A DNA stretch of 64,000 nucleotides from Bacteroidales bacterium (GCA_017962275.1 JAGCVQ010000038.1:421-64420); one strand, 5' to 3'. Shown: positions 1-12,386, numbered from the stretch's first letter. Numbers and translations are program-made. Notes: generated by a model not told the origin, from the sequence alone.

Positions 1-3238
<3,238 letters not shown>

Positions 3239-3282
3239 TCCAATTCGGAATTAAGAATGCAGAATAAAGAATTATAATATTC

Positions 3283-3347
3283 CTTGAGCAGCCCCGTAGG
3301 GGCAAGAGCTTGGTAGCCCTACACAAGGCGACAGCCGCAGTGTAGGG
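3283..3347 (+). repeat. REP-like composite two-hairpin element, copy A
   Basis: gagcaGCCCCgtaGGGGCaag ... CCCTACACaaggcgacagccgcaGTGTAGGG. Same architecture as 36487-36548, 30605-30771 (reverse) and 56219-56254 (reverse, first hairpin only). Confidence 0.8.
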
Positions 3348-3370
3348 ATTGTAACGAACCCCAAATCATC

Positions 3371-4117
3371 ATGGAAGAACCCGAAATCATCACCACAGTA
3401 GAAGAGGCCCCTGTTCCCGCTCAGGAGCAGGAGCAACCCACGGTCCCCGCCGATGTCATCTCCTTCAAGCATGTGAACATCGCCCACCGGAAGTTGCGGG
3501 TGCTGTCCGACATCAGCTTCAACATCAAGCAGGGGGAGTTCGTCTATCTCATCGGGAAGACCGGCTCCGGCAAATCCTCCATCCTGAAAACCCTCATCGG
3601 CGAGCTGAAGCCCGAAGGCGAGGAGGCGATGATGATCGGTTACGACCTGCTGAACATGAAAAAGAAGCAGATCCCCGAAATGCGCAAGAAAATCGGGATG
3701 GTGTTCCAAGACTACCAGCTGCTCAAGGACCGCACCGTCATCGAGAACCTGATGTTCGTGCTCCGCGCCACCCAGTGGAAAGACAAGAACATGATGCTCA
3801 ACCGCTGCGAAGAGGTGCTCACCCTTGTCGGACTGGAGACCAAGGACTTCAAACTGCCTTCACAGCTCTCCGGCGGCGAGCAGCAGCGCGTCTGCATCGC
3901 CCGCGCCCTGCTCAACAGTCCCGACCTGATCCTCGCCGACGAGCCCACCGGCAGTCTCGACCCCATCACCGCCGAGGAAATCTTCCAAGTTTTCCACCAC
4001 ATCAACCAAAGCGGCACCACCGTGTTCATGGCCACTCACAATTTCTCTATGATCGACAAGTTCCCCTCACGCGCCATTTGCGTCGAAGACGGGAAACTGA
4101 TTGATTCTTTAGTATGA
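3371..4117 (+). CDS. ftsE: cell-division ABC ATPase FtsE-like
   Basis: Walker [10 protein letters not shown], signature LSGGEQQR, Walker [13 protein letters not shown]. Size and layout match FtsE. It carries an acidic N-terminal extension of about 30 aa. Confidence 0.85.
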   Translation: MEEPEIITTVEEAPVPAQEQEQPTVPADVISFKHVNIAHRKLRVLSDISFNIKQGEFVYLIGKTGSGKSSILKTLIGELKPEGEEAMMIGYDLLNMKKKQIPEMRKKIGMVFQDYQLLKDRTVIENLMFVLRATQWKDKNMMLNRCEEVLTLVGLETKDFKLPSQLSGGEQQRVCIARALLNSPDLILADEPTGSLDPITAEEIFQVFHHINQSGTTVFMATHNFSMIDKFPSRAICVEDGKLIDSLV

Positions 4118-4190
4118 CGTAAGACGTGAGACGTTGGACGTGTGACAAGACCGTCCCACATCCAACGTCCCACGTCTCACGTCCCACGTC
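4117..4190. repeat. imperfect long inverted repeat built from GTRAGAC words and their complements
   Basis: acgttggacgtgtgac (4131-4146) pairs with gtcccacatccaacgt (4153-4168) with 2 mismatches. It fills the ftsE/GT2 gap and may act as a terminator or attenuator hairpin. Confidence 0.6.
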
Positions 4191-4194
4191 AAAT

Positions 4195-5118
4195 ATGTTA
4201 TCGGTATTAATCCCCACATATAATATCAATTTGCATCCGCTTGTTTCGGAATTACAAGCGCAACTCAATGATGTCCAGATAGAATACGAGATCATCATCG
4301 AAGACGATGCCTCTTCCGACAAGACGACCCAATACCATAATTCGCTGTTGGGTGATCTGGATAATGTCACTTACATCGAGCATTCCGAGAACTTAGGCCG
4401 CTCCAGGTCACGCAACCATCTGGCCGACACGGCACGGTATCCCTATTTGCTTTTCTTAGACTGCGACGCTCGAATCAAAAAGCAGGGCTATATTGCTTAT
4501 TATCTGCACTTTATTTCCGTAAAGAAAGAGCAGACCCCAGAGTTTGCCGTTTCCGGTGGGCTGAGCTACCGTGAAGATCTGCCCGAAAGGTCCAAGCATC
4601 TGCGTTACAAATACGGCATAAAGCGCGAAGTTCGTTCTGCCAAGGAGCGGAATGAGCATCCCTACGACCATTTCACGCCTTTCAACATGCTGATTTCGAA
4701 GTCGGTTTTCGAAAAATGCCGTTTCGACGAATCCTTGACGGATTATGGCTACGAAGACACTTTCTTCGGGATGGCTTTGGAAGGAGCGGAAATCCCGTTG
4801 TATCACATCGATAACGAGCTTTATCATGACGGTTTAGACGAGAACCGTGAATTTCTGGCCAAGACCGAAGAGAGCGTGCGGAACCTCGACAAGCTCTACA
4901 AGTCGGGCAAAATCAGCGACCGATTCATCGCGCAAAGTCACCTCCTGCAGACCTGGAAACGCCTTTCCGAAAAGCGTTCCGGCCGGTTCTTTCTCCGCGG
5001 CCTTCACCTCAGCAAGAATTTCCTCATCACCCTAATGCTGAAATACAACAGCCTGAAAGCCATGGATTTGTACAAACTGCTGTTGCTTGACGAATTACAA
5101 CGAGAGACGGACGAATAA
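4195..5118 (+). CDS. family 2 glycosyltransferase
   Basis: Begins MLSVLIPTYN, then IIEDDASSD and LFLDCD (DxD). The ORF-track start 4126 lies inside the hairpin repeat, so ATG 4195 is preferred. Confidence 0.85.
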   Translation: MLSVLIPTYNINLHPLVSELQAQLNDVQIEYEIIIEDDASSDKTTQYHNSLLGDLDNVTYIEHSENLGRSRSRNHLADTARYPYLLFLDCDARIKKQGYIAYYLHFISVKKEQTPEFAVSGGLSYREDLPERSKHLRYKYGIKREVRSAKERNEHPYDHFTPFNMLISKSVFEKCRFDESLTDYGYEDTFFGMALEGAEIPLYHIDNELYHDGLDENREFLAKTEESVRNLDKLYKSGKISDRFIAQSHLLQTWKRLSEKRSGRFFLRGLHLSKNFLITLMLKYNSLKAMDLYKLLLLDELQRETDE

Positions 5119-5160
5119 TTATTCGCCCCTAATCGTGTAACCATGTAACCAATATTTTTT

Positions 5161-5168
5161 TACTTTTG
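5161..5168 (+). promoter_or_regulatory. -7 box TActTTTG upstream of mscL
   Basis: tacttttg lies 32 nt upstream of ATG 5200. Confidence 0.55.
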
Positions 5169-5199
5169 CGCTTTCAATCATCATTAAAATTTTAACGCT

Positions 5200-5631
5200 A
5201 TGGGATTTTTTAAAGAATTCAAGGAATTTGCGATGAAAGGCAACGTGATGGACATGGCCATTGGTGTGATCATCGGCGGCGCCTTCGGAAAAATCGTCAC
5301 CTCTCTGGTGAATGACATCCTGATGCCGCTGGTCGGTGCGTTGATCGGCAACGTCAACTTCACGACGCTGTCCGTCACCCTCCGCGCCCCGAAGCTCAAC
5401 GAAGCCGGCGAAGTCGTCAGCGAGGCCGTCACCCTGAACTACGGCAACTTCATCCAGGTGACCGTTGACTTTTTGATTGTGGCGCTCTGTATCTTCTGCG
5501 TGATCAAGCTCATCAACAAGGCCACGAGCCTCGTGAAGAAGGAAGAGGAAGCCGCTCCGGCACCCGCTCCCGAGCCCACCGCAGAGGAGAAGCTTCTCAC
5601 CGAGATCCGCGATCTGCTGAAAGAGAAATAG
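5200..5631 (+). CDS. mscL: large-conductance mechanosensitive channel
   Basis: Canonical MscL N-terminus and TM1: [40 protein letters not shown]. Confidence 0.93.
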   Translation: MGFFKEFKEFAMKGNVMDMAIGVIIGGAFGKIVTSLVNDILMPLVGALIGNVNFTTLSVTLRAPKLNEAGEVVSEAVTLNYGNFIQVTVDFLIVALCIFCVIKLINKATSLVKKEEEAAPAPAPEPTAEEKLLTEIRDLLKEK

Positions 5632-5652
5632 GTCGTTGATTCCTGCCCATTT

Positions 5653-5684
5653 GTAGAGACGCAAAATTTTGCGTCTCTTTTTTT
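5653..5684 (+). terminator. intrinsic terminator (palindrome family copy followed by T-run)
   Basis: gtagagacgcaaaattttgcgtctct followed by tttttt, 22 nt after the mscL stop. Confidence 0.8.
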
Positions 5685-5695
5685 ATGGTTTCAAG

Positions 5696-5725
5696 TGTAG
5701 AGACGCAAAATTTTGCGTCTCTACA
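5696..5725. repeat. 28-30-bp perfect palindrome tGTAGAGACGCAAAATTTTGCGTCTCTACa
   Basis: Second copy, in tandem with the mscL terminator. Family members at 9253, 12760, 14148, 35865, 37149 and 57071. Confidence 0.9.
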
Positions 5726-5768
5726 AGACAGGAATTTGAAACCTGAAACCAGATATCTGCAAAATATG

Positions 5769-5776
5769 TACCTTTG
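5769..5776 (+). promoter_or_regulatory. -7 box TAccTTTG upstream of dcp
   Basis: Context is tgtacctttgcag, 45 nt upstream of ATG 5821. Confidence 0.6.
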
Positions 5777-5820
5777 CAGAATCAAAAATTCTCGTGAGTT
5801 TTTATCAAAAATTCCAAAAT

Positions 5821-7947
5821 ATGAACCGTAAGTTATTCATTATGAGCTTAGTTATGGCATCCGCGATTCTCGGCGGAGCATGCAAGAAAAAAACGTCCGA
5901 AAACGACAACCTGGCCCACAACCCTTTCATGAAAGAGTGGGACACCCCCTACGGCGTGCCTCCCTTCGACCAGATCAAGACCACCGACTACTTGCCGGCT
6001 ATCGAAGAAGGTATCCGGCAGCAGAAGGAGAACATCCAGGCCATCTGCGACAACAGCGAGGAGCCGACCTTCGCCAACACCATCATCCCCTACGAATACA
6101 GTGGTGAACTGCTGACCAAGGTGGCTTCCGTTTTCATGAACCTCGCCGAATGCATGAACAGCCCCGAGATGGAGGCGCTTTCCGACACCATCTTCCCGAT
6201 GCTCACCCGTCACGGCGATGACATCATGCTGAACGCCCAGCTGTTCGACCGCATCAAGACGGTTTACAATAACCGCGACAAGGAGAACCTCAACGACGAG
6301 CAAAAACGTCTGTTGGAGGTCATCTACAAGGATTTCGAGCGCGGCGGTGCCAACGTTCCCGCCGACAAGCAGGCCCGTTTCCGTGAGATTAACGAGAAAC
6401 TGTCGGCCCTCACCCTCAAGTTCGGAAACAACGTGCTCGGCGCCACCAACGGCTACGCCCTCTTCGTGGACAACGAGAACGACCTCAAAGGCTTGACGGA
6501 AAGCCAGTTGGCCGCTGCCAAAGAGGCCGCCGACGGCATGGAAAAAGCCAAAGGGAAGTACGCCTTCACCGTGCACGTGCCCTCCATGGAGCCGTTCCTT
6601 CAGAACTGCCAGAACCGCGAACTGCGTAAGGAACTTTGGACCGCCTACTCCACCCGCTGTCTGAACGGCGAGTACTCCAACTCGAAGATTATCAACGATA
6701 TTGTGAACCTTCGTTTAGAGAAAGCACAGATTCTCGGCTTTGACAATTACGCCAACTACGTGCTTGACGATTGTATGGCCAAGAACGCCGACAACGTCTA
6801 TAACCTGCTGATGAAAGTATGGGAGCCCGCCCTCGCGAAGGCCAAGGAGGAGGCCGCCCTCTACCAGAAGATGATGAACAAGGACGGCATTGCCGGTGCG
6901 CTGCAGCCTTACGACTGGCGTTATTATGCCGAGAGACTGCGCAAAGAGAAATACGATCTCGACGACGAGGCCATCCGGCCCTACCTCGCCCTCGACTCCG
7001 CCCGCAAAGGTCTCTTCTACGTCTGCGAGCGGCTGTACGGCCTCACTTTCAAAGAGAACACCGAAATCCCTGTATATCACAAAGATGTGAAAGCATTCGA
7101 GGTGATTGACCACAATGAAGTGATTGCGGTGGTCTATATGGACTTCTTCCCGCGTGAGAGCAAGCGCAGCGGCGCGTGGATGACGAATTTCCGCGAGCAG
7201 TACTACGACCGCGACGGCGAGAACCACATCCCGGTCGTGTCGCTGGTCTTCAACTTCACGAAGCCCGTCGGCGACAAGCCCTCGATGCTGAACATCGACG
7301 AGACGCAGACGCTCTTCCACGAGTTCGGCCACGCCCTGCACAGCATCCTGTCACGCTGCCACTATCCCACCCTGTCGGGCACCAACGTCCCGCGCGACTT
7401 CGTGGAGATGCCCTCGCAGTTCATGGAGCACTTCGCCTTCGAGCCGGAGGTGCTGAAGGTCTATGCCCACCACTACAAGACCGGAGAGCTGATTCCGGAC
7501 GACCTCCTCAAGAAGATCGAAGCTGCCGCCACCTACGGACAGGGCTTCATCAACACCGAGCTCCTGGCCGCATCTCTTCTCGACATGGACTACCACACCG
7601 TGACAGCATCCGCCACGTTCCAGCAGCCTGACTACGAGAACCAGCAGATGGCCAAGATCGGATTGATCCCGTCCATCATTTCCCGCTATAGAAGTCCGTA
7701 CTTCCAACACATTTTCGCTGGCGGTTACGGCGCAGGCTACTACAGCTACACTTGGGCGGCCGTTCTGGACAACGACGCCTACGAGTGCTTCAAAGAGCAC
7801 GGCATTTTCGACCCGACCACGGCGACCTCGTTCCGCACCAACATTCTGGAACGCGGCAACACCGCGGACGTGCACGACCTGTACCTCGCCTTCCGCGGGC
7901 AGGAACCGTCGATCGAGCCGCTGCTGAAGAACAGGGGGTTGAAGTAA
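5821..7947 (+). CDS. dcp: M3-family peptidyl-dipeptidase (Dcp-like), probable lipoprotein
   Basis: HEFGHALH zinc motif and about 700 aa. The N-terminus MNRKLFIMSLVMASAILGGAC is a lipoprotein-type signal. The GTG at 5794 in the ORF track is less likely to be the start. Confidence 0.9.
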   Translation: MNRKLFIMSLVMASAILGGACKKKTSENDNLAHNPFMKEWDTPYGVPPFDQIKTTDYLPAIEEGIRQQKENIQAICDNSEEPTFANTIIPYEYSGELLTKVASVFMNLAECMNSPEMEALSDTIFPMLTRHGDDIMLNAQLFDRIKTVYNNRDKENLNDEQKRLLEVIYKDFERGGANVPADKQARFREINEKLSALTLKFGNNVLGATNGYALFVDNENDLKGLTESQLAAAKEAADGMEKAKGKYAFTVHVPSMEPFLQNCQNRELRKELWTAYSTRCLNGEYSNSKIINDIVNLRLEKAQILGFDNYANYVLDDCMAKNADNVYNLLMKVWEPALAKAKEEAALYQKMMNKDGIAGALQPYDWRYYAERLRKEKYDLDDEAIRPYLALDSARKGLFYVCERLYGLTFKENTEIPVYHKDVKAFEVIDHNEVIAVVYMDFFPRESKRSGAWMTNFREQYYDRDGENHIPVVSLVFNFTKPVGDKPSMLNIDETQTLFHEFGHALHSILSRCHYPTLSGTNVPRDFVEMPSQFMEHFAFEPEVLKVYAHHYKTGELIPDDLLKKIEAAATYGQGFINTELLAASLLDMDYHTVTASATFQQPDYENQQMAKIGLIPSIISRYRSPYFQHIFAGGYGAGYYSYTWAAVLDNDAYECFKEHGIFDPTTATSFRTNILERGNTADVHDLYLAFRGQEPSIEPLLKNRGLK

Positions 7948-7991
7948 GACGTAAGACGTAAGACGTAAAACGTGAGACACGAGACGTGAGA

Positions 7992-8025
7992 AAAAGAGCC
8001 GTTGCCAATTAGGCGCGGCTCTTTT
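7992..8025. terminator. bidirectional hairpin between convergent dcp and PrsW-like gene
   Basis: aaaagagccg ... cggctctttt: the stem has an A-run on the left and a T-run on the right. Confidence 0.7.
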
Positions 8026-8049
8026 ATTATATTGAAGTCTCGGAAGATT

Positions 8050-8757
8050 TTACTGCCCCGACATCCTGTTCACCCGCTTCGTGGCCGCACGCCAGACAAT
8101 GAAGAAAAAGACGAGGAAAAACACGTAGAGGGCGAGGGACAGGGGGCCAACCTCCTGCATCGTCTCGGCGTCGCCGTTGAGGTTGTTCATGTACATGAGC
8201 ACGAAGTCGTAGGTGCCGTGCAGCAAGACCGGAACAATGTAGGCGAGCGTCATGAATTTCCTGCGCTCAGAATAGCGGAAACGCGCCATGGCGAAGAAAT
8301 AACCCATGAAGATGGCGAAGAAGAAGTGCGCGGGGACGGCAAAGATGCCACGGCTAAAGGCCAATCCCAGACCGCCTTGCAGAATGTAGAGCACATTCTC
8401 CAGCCCTGCAAATCCGAGCCCCACGAACGCCGCGTACTCCAAACCGTCGTAGTATTCGTCGAAATAGGGATTCTTCCAGATGCAGAGATAGAGCATCAGC
8501 AACTTGCAGAATTCCTCGGGGAGGGCCGCACTCACGAACGCGTTGTAGAGCGCGTCCACGAACGGGGTGTCCGCCAGCTTCGGGACGATATGATTCAACG
8601 CGCTGGCGACGAGCATGTCGAGGAATGCAGCCAAAATGCCGAAGCCGAAGGCTTTCATCAGCATCGGCCACGGTTCCTTCTGGAACGTGTCGCGCTTGTA
8701 AATGTAGCCCATTAGAAGGACAACGGGGAGCAGGGAGGCGATGAGGATGATGGACAT
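8050..8757 (-). CDS. PrsW-family intramembrane protease
   Basis: Polytopic membrane protein with the ALPEEFCKLL and LLHGTYDF motifs characteristic of PrsW. The overlapping + ORF 8002-8715 is rejected. Confidence 0.8.
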   Translation of the reverse strand: MSIILIASLLPVVLLMGYIYKRDTFQKEPWPMLMKAFGFGILAAFLDMLVASALNHIVPKLADTPFVDALYNAFVSAALPEEFCKLLMLYLCIWKNPYFDEYYDGLEYAAFVGLGFAGLENVLYILQGGLGLAFSRGIFAVPAHFFFAIFMGYFFAMARFRYSERRKFMTLAYIVPVLLHGTYDFVLMYMNNLNGDAETMQEVGPLSLALYVFFLVFFFIVWRAATKRVNRMSGQ

Positions 8758-8817
8758 TATAATTAAGAATTAAGAATAAAGAATTAAGAATGAAGATTAT
8801 TATGCATTATGCATTCT

Positions 8818-9210
8818 TCATTCTTCATCATCGAAATAGTTCTCTTTGATGAAATCGAGTTGGCGGCGGTCGCGTTTGGTGGGACGGCCGAGACCGTGGG
8901 GACGGAACTCCTGGGTCTTGAGCGTCTTCATGCGGTCGTACTCGCTCTGCGGCGTCAGGTCGGTGCAGTACTGAGGCACCAACGGCGCCCCCACCCTGCT
9001 TTTCGGTGCATCCACGACCTCCACGGTCTTGTGCAGCGAGCCGATATGTACTTCATAGACCTCGCCCCTGCGCACGTCGCGGGAGGGCTTCACGTTGTCG
9101 CCGTTGAGCTTCACCTTTCCGGCGTTGCAGGCCTCCGTGGCGATGGAACGGGTCTTGAACAACCGCACCATCCAGAGCCATTTGTCGATTCGCACGTTTA
9201 GGTTTTCCAT
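8818..9210 (-). CDS. hslR: S4-domain RNA-binding heat-shock protein 15-like
   Basis: RIDKWLWMVRLFKTRSIATEACNAGKVKLNG is the S4 fold signature of Hsp15/HslR. Confidence 0.8.
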   Translation of the reverse strand: MENLNVRIDKWLWMVRLFKTRSIATEACNAGKVKLNGDNVKPSRDVRRGEVYEVHIGSLHKTVEVVDAPKSRVGAPLVPQYCTDLTPQSEYDRMKTLKTQEFRPHGLGRPTKRDRRQLDFIKENYFDDEE

Positions 9211-9252
9211 TGTAAAAGGGTTAAAGGGTTACACGGTTACAGGGTTAGGGGT

Positions 9253-9280
9253 TGTAGAGACGCAAAAATTTGCGTCTCTA
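9253..9280. repeat. 28-bp palindrome family copy (loop variant aaaaattt)
   Basis: gtagagacgcaaaaatttgcgtctctac, 21 nt downstream (minus sense) of the DUF2147 gene stop. Confidence 0.9.
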
Positions 9281-9300
9281 CGATATGTGATTTTGCATCT

Positions 9301-9771
9301 CTACGACAATTTTTTCCAAGTCATTGTTCTGCCGAGGGCGGGCACGCCGATGTAGCCGCGCACGCGCAGGATTTTGTCGCTCTCGAACCACATTTTGCAC
9401 TTGTAGGTTTTGCCGTGTATTGGGTCGTAAATCTCCCCATCGACCCACTGGTTTTTGTTCGCGTCGTACCTGAAATGGAAGACGAGCGGAATCTGGTCGC
9501 CGGGGGTGTTGCGCTTCGCCGGGTCCGGATTCTTGATGTCCCGTTTGAGGGTGCCGTCCTTGAAATAGGGATTCTTCACCCAGATGATACGACCGCTGTA
9601 AGTACCTGACTTGTCCTTCGTTATCTTGACCTTGCAGTCTTCGTCGGAGGTATCGTCCTTGACATAATACGTCCCCAAAATTTTATCTGCGGCCTCCGTT
9701 TGGGCGACCGCAGACAAAACAGGAAGTATAAAAAATGCACAAAAGATTAGAATCGATTTTGATTTTAACAT
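9301..9771 (-). CDS. DUF2147-like secreted protein
   Basis: Signal peptide, then GTYYV...KVKITKDKSGTYSGRIIWVKNP...GKTYKCKMWF...LRVRGYIG, which I recognise as the DUF2147 pattern. Confidence 0.7.
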   Translation of the reverse strand: MLKSKSILIFCAFFILPVLSAVAQTEAADKILGTYYVKDDTSDEDCKVKITKDKSGTYSGRIIWVKNPYFKDGTLKRDIKNPDPAKRNTPGDQIPLVFHFRYDANKNQWVDGEIYDPIHGKTYKCKMWFESDKILRVRGYIGVPALGRTMTWKKLS

Positions 9772-9855
9772 TGACTATTGACTTTGACTATTGACATAGA
9801 CTGTTGACTTTTGACTTAGATTAAAGCCAATGTCAACAGTCAATGTCAAGGTGCA

Positions 9856-12066
9856 TTATGCTTCGGCAGGAGCTTCGGTCTCGGGAGTCTCTGCTGCGGG
9901 GGCTTCCTCAGCGGGAGCCTCGGCGGCGGGAGCCTCTTCCTGCTCAGCAGCCTTGGGGTTGTTCATCATCTTGATTTTGTACTCCAGCTCCGCGACCTCT
10001 TTCTTGGCGGCCTCGATCTTCTTACGGAACTCGGCGGTCAGGATTTCGGCGTTCTTGGAATTGGAGAAGAAACCCAAGTTGTTCTCCCACAGCACGATAT
10101 CGTCTCTCAGGCGGGCAAGCTTGGTGGTCAGGAAGTTCTTCTCCTTGTCGATCAGCTTGTCGGCGTTGGGGTTGCGCATGATGTCGTTGATGCGGGACTG
10201 GTAGCGGCTCTGACGCATGTCGTCGGCGCTGACCTTCAGCTCGGCAAAACGCTTGTTGATGGCGTTGCGGTACTCGGTGTAGATGCGGTCCTTGTCGGCG
10301 CGCGGCACGAAACCGATCTCCAGCCACTCCTTCTGGTAAGCCTTCATCGCGTCGAGGTTGGCGTTGCGGTCCTCACCGAACTCGTAACCCAGAATCTTCT
10401 GGATGAGTTCCTCCTTCTTCTGGAGGTTCTCGTTCTCCTCACCCTGGACGTTGCTGAAGAACTTGGCCTTGGCTTCGAAGAACTTGTCGCAAGCGGCGCG
10501 GAAACGTTTCCAGACCTGGTCGGAGTATTTGCGCGGGGTGGCGCCGATGCTCTTCCACTCGGTTTGCAGCGCGAGGATCTCGTCGGTGGCCTGCTTCCAG
10601 TCGGTGCGGTCGGCGATGCCCTCGGCCTGGATGGCGAGGTTCAGCTTCTGGTTGTAATTCTGCATCTGCACGTCCTTGATCTGCTGGAAGTGTTCCTTCT
10701 TCTGCTGGAAGAATTTGTCGAGGGTCGATTTGAAGCGGTTCCAGATCTCGTCGTTCAGCTTGGCGGGAGCGGGACCGAGGGTCTTCCACAAGGTGAAGAG
10801 TTCGGTCAGCTTGTCGCTAACGGCGTTGTATTCAGAGACTTGCTCCACGGGTTTGGCGACCAGTTCCTCAGCCTGCTCGCACAACACGACCTTGGCGTTG
10901 TAGTTGTTCTGCTCTTCGGCGAACATCTTGTCGTAATGTTCTCTGCGGCGCTGGTTGATCTGGTCGGAAGCGGTTTTGAAGCGTTCCCAAATCTCCTCTT
11001 TTTTGTCATCCGGAACGGGTCCGATCTCCTTCCACTGACGGTGGAGTTCCTGCAACTCGTTGAACGACTGGTTGATGGATTCCTCAAGGAGCAGCGACTC
11101 GGCCTTTTCGCAAAGGAGGAGCTTGCTTTCGAGGTTCTTCTTATAGTCGAGCATGCGCATTTCGCGGTTCATGCGGACAATGTCGAAGAATTTCTCGATA
11201 TAGAAGTGATAGTTCTGCCAGAGGTTGGTGGACTCGCTTTGCGGCACGGGGCCGATGGCCTTCCACTGTTCCTGGAAGGCTTTCACATGGTCGTTGAGGA
11301 CCTTGAGGTTGGTTTCGGTTTCGAGGAGGCGTTTCAGTCCCTCGATGATATTGGATTTTAACTCTAAGTTCTTGGTTTTCTGTTGTTCGAGTTCTTCAAT
11401 GAAGGCGGCCTTGTTGTCCTTGAAGGTCTGGAAGGCGGCGTTGAAGCGGGTCTCCAGCTCATCGGGCTCCATCTTGATTTCGGGAGCGGCGGGAGCCTCT
11501 TGTCCTTCGGGAAGTTCAGCGGCGGCAGCTTCGGCAGCGGCCTTGGCAGCCTCGAACTCGGCCTGGCGGGCACGTCTGCGCTCACGCAGGAACTCTAACG
11601 CTTTGGCGCGGATCACGCCCACGCGCAGCTTGATGAGGTTGAAGTTAGGTTCCGCGACGAGTCTTTCGAGCTCGGCGACGCACTTTTCAAGGTCGAAGTC
11701 GGCATATTCGGCTTCCACCTGTTCCAGCGTTTCCTCGGGTTTCTCGGGTTCCTGGGCCTTGGGTTCCTCCGGCTGTTCGGGAGTCTCGGCAGGGGCTTCC
11801 GTCTCAGCAACGGGTTCCTCAGCGACAGGCTCTTCGGCGGGTTGCTCCACTTCGGGAGCGGGTACTTCCGCAACGGGCTCGGCGACGGGCTCCTCAGCGG
11901 AAGTTTCGGGTTGCGGTTCCGCTACGGGTTCCGCGATTTCTGATTCCACTGCGGATTCGGGAGTTGCCATTTCATTAACGGTCTGGGTCTCTTGGGAGGC
12001 CACGGGGTTCACCTCATTGTTCTGAATCTCAGAATTTTCCGGGTGAAGAAGTTCTTGTGATTCCAT
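9856..12066 (-). CDS. DUF349 repeat protein with acidic low-complexity termini
   Basis: At least six repeats of about 75 aa containing W(K/Q)xIGP(V/A)P...(I/V)WxRF(K/R). The N-terminus is PEPVAE-rich and the C-terminus is EAPA-rich. Confidence 0.85.
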   Translation of the reverse strand: MESQELLHPENSEIQNNEVNPVASQETQTVNEMATPESAVESEIAEPVAEPQPETSAEEPVAEPVAEVPAPEVEQPAEEPVAEEPVAETEAPAETPEQPEEPKAQEPEKPEETLEQVEAEYADFDLEKCVAELERLVAEPNFNLIKLRVGVIRAKALEFLRERRRARQAEFEAAKAAAEAAAAELPEGQEAPAAPEIKMEPDELETRFNAAFQTFKDNKAAFIEELEQQKTKNLELKSNIIEGLKRLLETETNLKVLNDHVKAFQEQWKAIGPVPQSESTNLWQNYHFYIEKFFDIVRMNREMRMLDYKKNLESKLLLCEKAESLLLEESINQSFNELQELHRQWKEIGPVPDDKKEEIWERFKTASDQINQRRREHYDKMFAEEQNNYNAKVVLCEQAEELVAKPVEQVSEYNAVSDKLTELFTLWKTLGPAPAKLNDEIWNRFKSTLDKFFQQKKEHFQQIKDVQMQNYNQKLNLAIQAEGIADRTDWKQATDEILALQTEWKSIGATPRKYSDQVWKRFRAACDKFFEAKAKFFSNVQGEENENLQKKEELIQKILGYEFGEDRNANLDAMKAYQKEWLEIGFVPRADKDRIYTEYRNAINKRFAELKVSADDMRQSRYQSRINDIMRNPNADKLIDKEKNFLTTKLARLRDDIVLWENNLGFFSNSKNAEILTAEFRKKIEAAKKEVAELEYKIKMMNNPKAAEQEEAPAAEAPAEEAPAAETPETEAPAEA

Positions 12067-12104
12067 ACTTTTTGGAGTTTTTTGTGATTAATAGAAAACG
12101 GCCG

Positions 12105-12112
12105 CGAAGATA
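12105..12112 (-). promoter_or_regulatory. -7 box variant TAtcTTCG (context TTGTATCTTCGCGGC) for the DUF349 gene
   Basis: The reverse complement reads ttgtatcttcgcggc, 39 nt upstream of ATG 12066. The same TGTATyTTCGCGGC context recurs at 17792-17808(-), 35095-35112(-) and 36371-36388(+). Confidence 0.5.
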
Positions 12113-12114
12113 CA

Positions 12115-12386
12115 ATTTTTTCGGATGTAGTAATAGCGAGCCTGAATGTCTTTTGTTTCTTCAATGATTCTAACATGATGCGTGAACGGTACTCTAAAGA
12201 AATCCTCTATTGGAAAATCCTTTGATACCGGTATTTGTAAAGAGTGGAAAATATCTATCTTTAATAGACGGCTAACTGTATGCGGTTCACCCCTTTGGAG
12301 GCTTCATACTGTCCTTGGAGAATAGCCTCTTTGATGGTTTCCACTGCATGTCGTAATCCTGCGGATATGTGTTTTTCTTGTTCCAT
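12115..12386 (-). pseudogene. decayed DUF1016 (YhcG-like PDDEXK nuclease) gene remnant
   Basis: An intact TAtcTTTG box and ATG 12386 give MEQEKHISAGLRHAVETIKEAILQGQYEASKGVNRIQLAVY*. Further DUF1016-like pieces lie in two other frames (GIKGFSNRGFL*, FTHHVRIIEETKDIQARYYYIRK). The nuclease-domain two-thirds of the gene is missing. Confidence 0.6.
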
